64,000 nucleotides of DNA from Kiritimatiellia bacterium (lineage in GTDB: Bacteria > Verrucomicrobiota > Kiritimatiellia > RFP12 > UBA1067). The number at the start of each line of letters is the position of its first letter. Positions within the stretch are counted from its first letter, which is position 1. Made by a program: the position numbers and the translations under genes. Below, in pieces: positions 17,458-25,200 of the stretch. The stretch lies in assembly GCA_045627925.1 (NCBI GenBank), contig JAZQOS010000021.1, positions 10,012 through 74,011 on the forward strand. The letters are read 5' to 3'. The notes under the pieces were generated by a model. That model did no database searches. It had not been told where the DNA came from and saw nothing but the letters and a program-made list of their open reading frames with translations.

Positions 17458-18261
17458 TTAGGCGACTTCCTCGCCGCCCTCGACCTGCACGTTCCTGAGA
17501 CCGTTCAGAATCTCCATGGTCATCGCCGTCATCTTGAGGACGAGGCGGTTGGCCTTGTTGCGCAGCGAATAGAACACGGCCACCGACGGAATCGAGACGA
17601 TGAGGCCCGCCGCAGTCGTCCAAAGCGCCTGGCCGATCGAGCTTGCGAGCGCCGCCGCGTCTCCCGCGCCGCCCGAAGCGAGCGCCTGGAAGGTCAAAAT
17701 CATGCCCTGCACCGTACCGAGCAAGCCGAGCGAAGGCCCGAGGTTGCCGCAAACCGCAATCCAGTTGAGCCGCTGCTGAATCTTCTCCTGCTCGAGATCG
17801 GAAGCCGCGGTAACCGCCTCCTGAATCGCCTCGAAGCCCTCTTCGATGTGCTGGAACGCCGCCATCACGATCGACGACATCGCCGACGGATTCTGCTGGC
17901 AGACGTCCATCGCCCTTACGACGTCACCCTCGGCCATCGCCGCCTGCACACCGTCCAGAAGGCGCTTGGGCATGAGCTTTTCTGGCTTGATGAGAACCGA
18001 CGAGTCGATCGAGAAGTAAATCGCGAACGCGCCGTCGCCGAAAAGCGCGAGCCACAGGAGCATGCCGACAACGCCCGAACCGAAGACGATGTCGTAGAAT
18101 CCGCCGCCGCTCTTTTGCGTAGTGTTGGCCGCGTCGCTCGAAACGACGTTACCGTTCGCGTCGGTGATTTCCTGACCGAACGAGGTGAGCGCCGCCATCG
18201 GCGCGACCGCGGTACCGACGAGAATCGCCGCCGCCATCAATGATTTCCTGATTTTGTTCAT
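17458..18261 (-). CDS. exbB: MotA/TolQ/ExbB proton-channel protein
   Basis: 267 aa. The C-terminal core GNLGPSLGLLGTVQGMILTFQAL...ALWTTAAGLIVSIPSVAVFYSL is the MotA_ExbB channel signature. It has an N-terminal signal-like segment plus an extra periplasmic region. Confidence 0.9.
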   Translation of the reverse strand: MNKIRKSLMAAAILVGTAVAPMAALTSFGQEITDANGNVVSSDAANTTQKSGGGFYDIVFGSGVVGMLLWLALFGDGAFAIYFSIDSSVLIKPEKLMPKRLLDGVQAAMAEGDVVRAMDVCQQNPSAMSSIVMAAFQHIEEGFEAIQEAVTAASDLEQEKIQQRLNWIAVCGNLGPSLGLLGTVQGMILTFQALASGGAGDAAALASSIGQALWTTAAGLIVSIPSVAVFYSLRNKANRLVLKMTAMTMEILNGLRNVQVEGGEEVA

Positions 18262-18301
18262 CTTGGTTTTCCTTGTAGTGGACGTTTGTGAATTGTGAAT
18301 C

Positions 18302-19072
18302 TTACATCGCCTTCGCCTGCGACCGAAGCTTCTCTGCGCGACCCGCCTGACCGCGCTTGTCGAAGCAATCCGCCGCCTTGGCCATCGCCTCGGCGCGTTC
18401 GCTCGCGCACTCCGGATCGTTGTACATGAGAACGACCCTCATATACCCGTCGCGCAACGCCTGTTCGAGTCCGTCGCTCGAGCCGTTGGTGTCCGCGACG
18501 ATCATATCTCCGCGCATCGTGAACGCCGCCGCCGAGGACTTGCGGTCGCCTTGCGAAATCGCCTTCTTGACGAGCGTATCGAGTTCGGTGCGCTTGCCGA
18601 GTTTCAAAAGCGCCTTCCAGTAGGCGGGAGCCATCTCGCCGGAGTAGGCGGCGCTCTTGTCGTCGCCGATTACGCCCTGACAGACGTCGTACGCCTTCTT
18701 CGCGTCGCCGGTCGCGAGATAGGCGAGCGCGAGATAACGCGCCGCCGGACGATCCCACTTCAGCATGCGATAATCGTCGACGATCTTCTTCAAAGCCCCG
18801 ATCGCGCTCGAGCCCTGCCCCGCCTCGACCTGGGCGATCGCCTTGTCGAGCGCGGCCGGCTTGGCGACGTCGAGCGAAACGACGTCCGCGAGCTTGATTT
18901 CGATATCGACCATCGTCGAACCCTTCTTGAGCGAGACGACGTATTGCTTCGTCCGGCTTTGCCACTTGATCTCGCCGGTGCTGGAATTCGCCTCCGTCGA
19001 AATCGTCCCCTGAACCGCCGAGGCCGAAGCCGTGGCGAGCGCGACAAGCGCCAATATCGTGAATTTGCGCAT
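18302..19072 (-). CDS. Secreted helical-repeat (TPR-like) protein, function unknown
   Basis: Start re-set to ATG 19072-19070 (MRKFTILALVALATASASAVQG signal peptide). TAATG overlap with the upstream TPR gene. The C-terminal half is alpha-helical-repeat-like. Confidence 0.6.
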   Translation of the reverse strand: MRKFTILALVALATASASAVQGTISTEANSSTGEIKWQSRTKQYVVSLKKGSTMVDIEIKLADVVSLDVAKPAALDKAIAQVEAGQGSSAIGALKKIVDDYRMLKWDRPAARYLALAYLATGDAKKAYDVCQGVIGDDKSAAYSGEMAPAYWKALLKLGKRTELDTLVKKAISQGDRKSSAAAFTMRGDMIVADTNGSSDGLEQALRDGYMRVVLMYNDPECASERAEAMAKAADCFDKRGQAGRAEKLRSQAKAM

Positions 19073-22000
19073 TATGGATTCTCCTTCTTGGGTAGAGCCG
19101 CTCCCGGCAGTTCCGCCTTGGCGCGGTTCATGCAGTTGGCGATTTCCGTTCTCGCCTTGCCGTTCGGGAATTGTTCGAGATATTCGCCGCCGAAGCGAAG
19201 GACGCGCTCGGCCTGCTCCGCGCCCATCTTGGCGAAGAGCGGTACGATCGTTGCGTAGGCGCGCTCCAGATTCTCGAGCTCGCCCGCGCTCATCGCGGAA
19301 AGCGGACGCTCCTCGCTCGCGCCGTGCGACTGGATGAACGCCTGGAAGGTCGAGGCCGCGCGTCCGCACGTTTCCATCGCCTCTTCCTTGAGATTCATCG
19401 CCTCCTCGGCCTTCATCCGATCGATGAGCACGTCGCCGGAAAGTAGATCGATCTTGTCCTGCTCCCACTGTTCGCGCGTCTTCCAGTACTGGCGAACCTT
19501 CTTGATCGCGCCAATCGCCGCGCCGAAATACTTGCCGCGCTGAACGGCGTCCTTCTCGGAGCGGCCCTGCGCGCTCGCGACCTCGACGAGCAGGAAGTTC
19601 GCGTCGGCGGCGATCATCATCTTCGCCATCTTCTTATCGCCGAGGAACTTGTCGAGCGCCTCGCGCGCCTCGGCGAGCGAACCCTGCTTGAACGCGCTCT
19701 TCGCCTGCCCGAGCCGCGCCCGGGCGACGACCGAAAGCTGATTGGTGCCGGCGAGCTTGATCGCCTTGTCGAAGGCGCGACCGGCGAGCTCCCAGTTGCG
19801 CGCGTCGATGAGCGCCTCGCCCGCGTTCTCGTACTGGAGCGCGGAATACGCACCGTCGGTACCGAGCATCTCGGCGTAAATCTCCGCGCCTTCCTTCTTC
19901 ATGCCGATCTCGATCAGGTTCTTCGCGAGCCGCGGCTTGGCGTTCTTCGCCTCATCGGAATCGGGGAAGCGCTTCGAAAGCGCGTCCAGCGCGTTCTTCG
20001 ACTTCTCCACGTCGCCGAGCGCGGTGTAGATCGTGCCGAGCTTGACGTAGCCGAGCTTCGAGTACTTGCCGTCGGGATAGGCCTCGAGATATTCCTCGAA
20101 GCTCTTCGCCGCCTGCTTGCGATACATCTCGAGCTTGGACTCGGGCCGGTTCATCCGACTCCAGCACTCGCCCGCGAGGAACTTCGCGCCCTCGGCGAGT
20201 TCGACGAACTTCTTCGCCTCTTCCTGGGAAAGCGAAGCGTCCTTGGCCATTTCCGCCGCCTTGCCCGAGAAGTCGTTGAATTGCTTGACCGCGCGGATGA
20301 TTTGCGCCGTGCCGCGCTTCTCCGCCGCCTCGATCGCCTCCGCCGTTTCATTAGTTGAAGCCGCCGCGAGAATGTCGAGGCCGTCGTCCTTGTAGAGCTG
20401 GGCGAGCGACATCTGCGCCTGAATGCGGTGGCGCGGGTTGGTCTCGAGTTCGACGTAGCGGTTCATCGCCGCGATCGCCTCGGCGCGATCGCCGAGCTTG
20501 TTGTAGCACTCCGAAAGCTGCGCGAAGCTCGTCGCGTAGTAGACCGAATTCGAGTAGTATTCGCCGACTAACTTCCACAGCGCAATCGCGTCGTCGTAGC
20601 GCTTCTCGCGCTGCGCCTCGCCCGCCAAGCCCGCCGCGGTCTGCGCCGCCGTCGCATGCTTGCGGTAGTTGACGACGAACGCCTTGCGCAAGCGGTCGCA
20701 CCGCGCCATCTCCTGAAGATCCTTTTCGCGCGCCGCTACTCTCAAAAGCGCATCGCCCGCCGCCAGCATCATGAGCCGCTTCGCGCCCGCGAACCGCTCC
20801 GAGAGATACCCTTCGATTACGTCGGCGTCGGCGCGCAGCTCCTCAAGCCGCTCGCCGCCCTTCTTGGCGAGCTTGAATTTCAGAATCTGCTCCAAGTGGG
20901 CGTAAATAAGGTTCTCAATTCCGCCGATCGACTCGGGGCATTCGGGATAGCGCGAAAGAACATCGTACCCTTCCTTGATCGCGCCCTCGAAATCGCCCTC
21001 GGAGAAGCGGTCGGACGCGACCTTGAACTGCATCGCGCGAACCTTGGCGATCATCTCGGGCGTGACCTGCGAAGTGATCTTCGCGCCGTAGGTCTTCTCG
21101 GCGAACGCCTTGATTTCGTCGGCGAGTTCGCCCGCGTTCGCCGCCCAAGTGGACTCGGGATAGCGCAAGAAGACGTTGAGCGAGTGGTTGTAGGCGCCCT
21201 GACCGTTGCGCTTGCCGTTCGCGAGCTTCTCGCCGAACATGAGCGACTTGATCTTCTCGTCGTCCTTCTTCGGTTTTTTGGACTCGGCGAGCGCTTCGTC
21301 CCACATAAGCCGCGCCAAAAGATAGCGGCACTGCGGCATCGGCGAAAGCCGGAGCATGCCCTTGCGCCCGTCGGGGTCGATGGCGGCGATGGACTCGTGC
21401 AATTCGCCGAGCTGCGGTAGGTAGTCCTCGAGATATCCCATCGCCCGGTCGAGCCGTCCGCGCAAAAGCTCGATGTGCGACTTCATATTGACCGCGCGGC
21501 CGAAATAGACCGACTGCTCGGGATGCTTCAAAATCTTGTCGACGATCTTCTCCGCCGAATCGAGATAGGGAGCGCGCTTCTTCTGGTCGGCGACCTCGCT
21601 CGCGAGCTTGAGCTGAAGTTCCACCGTCTCGCACCCCATCATGCACCACTGCTGCGTTTCCAACTCCGGCTTGAGATTAAGGAGCCCCTCGTAGACCTTC
21701 ACCGCGTCGGCGAAACGCTGGTCGCCGCAGAGAATCTGGCCCCAGGCGAAACAGGCGTTGATATAAAATACGCGCAGCTCCTTCTTGGGGCTCGCGAACT
21801 TCTTGAAGAACTCGTCGTAGATTTTCTTGCACTCGTCCTTCTTGCCGACGAAATTGTAGCGATTGGCGAATTCGAGCCGCGCCGCCCAATACTTCGTGCT
21901 GTTGCGGTCGGGCAAGGCGCCGATCTTCTTCTCGGCCTCCTCGAACTTGTTCAGCGCGAGTAGCGAACGAATCTCAATCGCGAAAAAGCGAACGTCCGCC

Positions 22001-22191
22001 TCCGGCCAACGCTTCTTCGTCGCCTCGATTACGGGAGAGGCGAGATCGGGGTACCCCGAATCCACCAACGCCTCCACATAGGCGATTTCACGTTCGAGTT
22101 CGGGGTCCTCCTGCGGTTCCTCCGCCGCGGTCTCGGCGAAAACCGAACCCGCCGCGATTAGCGAAAAAACCAACGCAAGCTCTAATCTCAT
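19072..22191 (-). CDS. Large secreted TPR-repeat protein (1039 aa)
   Basis: Signal peptide MRLELALVFSLIAAGSVFAETA, then many TPR-like repeats rich in A/Y/L/K/E. First gene after a consensus promoter. Confidence 0.75.
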   Translation of the reverse strand: MRLELALVFSLIAAGSVFAETAAEEPQEDPELEREIAYVEALVDSGYPDLASPVIEATKKRWPEADVRFFAIEIRSLLALNKFEEAEKKIGALPDRNSTKYWAARLEFANRYNFVGKKDECKKIYDEFFKKFASPKKELRVFYINACFAWGQILCGDQRFADAVKVYEGLLNLKPELETQQWCMMGCETVELQLKLASEVADQKKRAPYLDSAEKIVDKILKHPEQSVYFGRAVNMKSHIELLRGRLDRAMGYLEDYLPQLGELHESIAAIDPDGRKGMLRLSPMPQCRYLLARLMWDEALAESKKPKKDDEKIKSLMFGEKLANGKRNGQGAYNHSLNVFLRYPESTWAANAGELADEIKAFAEKTYGAKITSQVTPEMIAKVRAMQFKVASDRFSEGDFEGAIKEGYDVLSRYPECPESIGGIENLIYAHLEQILKFKLAKKGGERLEELRADADVIEGYLSERFAGAKRLMMLAAGDALLRVAAREKDLQEMARCDRLRKAFVVNYRKHATAAQTAAGLAGEAQREKRYDDAIALWKLVGEYYSNSVYYATSFAQLSECYNKLGDRAEAIAAMNRYVELETNPRHRIQAQMSLAQLYKDDGLDILAAASTNETAEAIEAAEKRGTAQIIRAVKQFNDFSGKAAEMAKDASLSQEEAKKFVELAEGAKFLAGECWSRMNRPESKLEMYRKQAAKSFEEYLEAYPDGKYSKLGYVKLGTIYTALGDVEKSKNALDALSKRFPDSDEAKNAKPRLAKNLIEIGMKKEGAEIYAEMLGTDGAYSALQYENAGEALIDARNWELAGRAFDKAIKLAGTNQLSVVARARLGQAKSAFKQGSLAEAREALDKFLGDKKMAKMMIAADANFLLVEVASAQGRSEKDAVQRGKYFGAAIGAIKKVRQYWKTREQWEQDKIDLLSGDVLIDRMKAEEAMNLKEEAMETCGRAASTFQAFIQSHGASEERPLSAMSAGELENLERAYATIVPLFAKMGAEQAERVLRFGGEYLEQFPNGKARTEIANCMNRAKAELPGAALPKKENP

Positions 22192-22200
22192 GATGATGAA

Positions 22201-22229
22201 ATTATACTACAATACCCGCGATGGGTCAA
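22201..22229 (-). promoter_or_regulatory. Sigma70-type promoter for the TPR-ExbBD operon (TTGACC-N17-TATAAT)
   Basis: The reverse strand reads cTTGACCcatcgcgggtattgtagTATAATttcatcatcATG. The -35 is at 22229-22224 and the -10 at 22206-22201. Only 9 nt separate the -10 from the ATG at 22191. Confidence 0.55.
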
Positions 22230-22252
22230 GGTGCGCACTTCGCAAGCGCGTC

Positions 22253-25200
22253 TTACTTGACGATGATTCTCGGGGCGAGGCGCGCCGGACTACGAAGAGT
22301 AAGCGCACCGCCTTCACCGATCTTCAAGCTGCAACCCTTCGGCAAGTTGATAGGCTCAAAGCGCGCCAGGTCATCCTCGGTAAAGGTCTTGCCGGTAATG
22401 AGCACGATCGAATTGCCGCGTTCAAGTTCCACGCCGCTCAAATCAATCTTAATCGTACCGGTTTTGGGGAAGATAAAGTCCGCATCATGGCCCAACGTCA
22501 ACGTTTCGCCCGAAACCGCCTTGATAATCGCGCCTTCCGCAAGCGAAATCTTCGCCGTAATAGAGCCCTTCGCCAAAAGCGCACCGCCCGCCTCGACCGT
22601 AAGCGGCGCGACGCGCGAAGCCGTGCCACCATAATTACCGCTTGTCGAGCTACCACGTACGGACGCAACATTCACGAATTCATTGCCGTCTGTCGAAACC
22701 TCCACATCCCAGTCAACGGGCAACCCACCCCAATTCGTATCCGCCGAAGTGAATCTATAGTCCGTGAACATATCAATTGGATTGTTCTTGAAGTCAATCG
22801 TAACATACAGCTTACGATTTGCCATGTCTGCGACAGACATAGAAAGCGAACTCCCTTGATCAATCCCAAGCGAAACTTCTATCCAACTTGGATCGCCGGA
22901 TGATAACCAATCGGAAATCCCTATGGATCCACCTTGCGTTGTCCCCGACGAGCTAGTAATCGACGCCCTGGCAAAGACACTATTTAGATTCTCCCCATTC
23001 CGCGAGAAACGAAGACGCGAGAGATGAACTTTATTCCCACTTGAAGTCTTGAGGAAGTAGATTCTAACATACCGAATCTTAGAACTATCGGCGAGCGAAG
23101 TTGCGCTGAAGGTCGCGCCGCTTTCGATTGTAATCCCGGGCACACTCACCACCCCCACATCGAAATTACCGCGCCCAATGGCGAACTTCAATGTCGAAAC
23201 CGTCGCCAGCGCCGGCAAGGTCGTAACCGGAGACCCGGAATCGTTCGCATAGACGATGGTACCGCCGCCGCCGATCTTCGAGTAGTCGAGATTGGTCGTC
23301 CATCCGTCATTATCTACGGAGATTTCCAACCGCCCGCCCGCCTGAATCTCCACGGACTTGTTCCTGAGCGCCCATCCGCTCGCCGTCGGCACGGTCACAA
23401 TCGTCGCGCCACCTTCGCAAACGAGCTTCGCCACCGTCACGCTCGCATTCGCGGGAATCGTCATCGATCCGCTCGCCAGTCGAATGGTCGCTTCGGAGTT
23501 ACAGGCGAGAATCGCGCTGTCCACCGTCTTGCCCGCGCCCGGGTCGATGACGACCGTGCCGTTGCCCTCGATGGTTCCGCCCCACGGCTCGGAAAGAACG
23601 GCGGTATTGCCGCTTTCCACGGTCAGTATGCCCGTGCCGCTCTTCATAAGTCGCGTATAAGTACCGGCGATAACGTGCGCCTTGCCGCAAGCGAGTTCGT
23701 AAACCACGCTACCGGGGAAGCCGGAGAAGTCGAGCGTCTGCGCGTCGATGGTATGTTCGCCGTCGCTCACGAAGGTGATGTCGCTGCCGCTTAGCACCTT
23801 GCTGTCGTCCGCCATCAATCTATCGCAGACAACGTCGGCGTCCACGGTAAGAATCGTGTTCTCGCTCGGATCGAGCTTGACGTCGACGGCCGCCTCCAAC
23901 CGCTTTTCGCTCCACTTGCCGTCAAACGCGACCAGCTCGCCGTCCTGCGTGTACTTCCATTCGGCGGTATCCCAATTCACCTCTCCGCCAAACGCCAGCA
24001 CATACGGTCCGCCCATGTTGTCGCCGGAAACGACCGCAATTTTCCCTCCCTCAAGATATCGAAGTGAGGCAAAAGCGTCCAACGGTTTAAAACGATAGAG
24101 ATCGGCAAAGGTGAAGTCGGACTTGACGATTATCGTTTGCGGCTCGTCCCCGAGCGTAAGCGCGCTCGTGTCGAGCGCAATCGGGTTTTCGGGGAAGTTC
24201 ACCTCCGTCTTCTCCAAGCAGTTCATCGCCTTGCCCTCGACCGCCTTGATGATGGCGCCGTCGTCGAGGGTGATCGCCGCCTCGATTGCTCCCTCGGCCA
24301 AGAGCGTACCGCCCGAGCGAACCCCAAGCGCGGATACAGGAACCTTGGCGAGCGAGGCGCCAAAATTCTGGTTGTTGTTGTTAATCCACCCGCCGCCTGC
24401 CGCCGTATTGGGCGCTTGGCCGCTTACCGTCGAAACCGTGGTCCAGACGGAGCCATCGTAGGAAACTTGCACTTCCCAACTCCTCGGTGTCCACCAGTTG
24501 GCAAGGGTATCGCCTGCCTTGCGACAAGAAGCATAAATGCCGTAACGGTCGAACATATCGCTCGGCGTATTAAGTTCAATGGTAATGTAAACCTTGCGCG
24601 CAGCCATATCCTCCGGCGTGGCCGAAAGCATACAACAGGTATCGTAAAGACCTCTTGACGCGTTGGTGTTGGCAGCTCCGTTAAACAACATACCTACATT
24701 GCCATTGCGATATCCGACGGAAGCGGAAGAGCTCTTGATGTTTCCGCGAATAACTTCCGAACCATTGGCGGAGAAGCGAATTTCCTCCATGCTGACGCCA
24801 TAGTATCCGGCTCCATCGCGACTGCCCGCCTTGCCGGAGTCGCTTTGCTCGAGGAAATAGAAGCGGATAAAACGAATCTTGTCGAAGCGATTGGCAAGCG
24901 AACTCGTGCCGAAAGTCGCGCCGTCGTAAACCCGCACCTCGCTCGTGTTGAGCGCGAGCGCCGCGTTGTCGTCGTTGATTTCCAGTTTGCCGCCCATGAC
25001 ATGCGTCGCACCCGGCACGTGTACGGGGAGCTTGAAGTCGAGGAATCCTCCCGAATTCAAGCTATTGAGGACGAGCGACGCCGCATCATCGGCCTTGGTG
25101 AAAGTATAGGTCGATTCCGTGTTCGCAAACGAACCGAACATCACCGTCCGCATACCCGAAACGGCAATGCCGAGATTTTCGCCCTTCTCGGGGAAATAAA

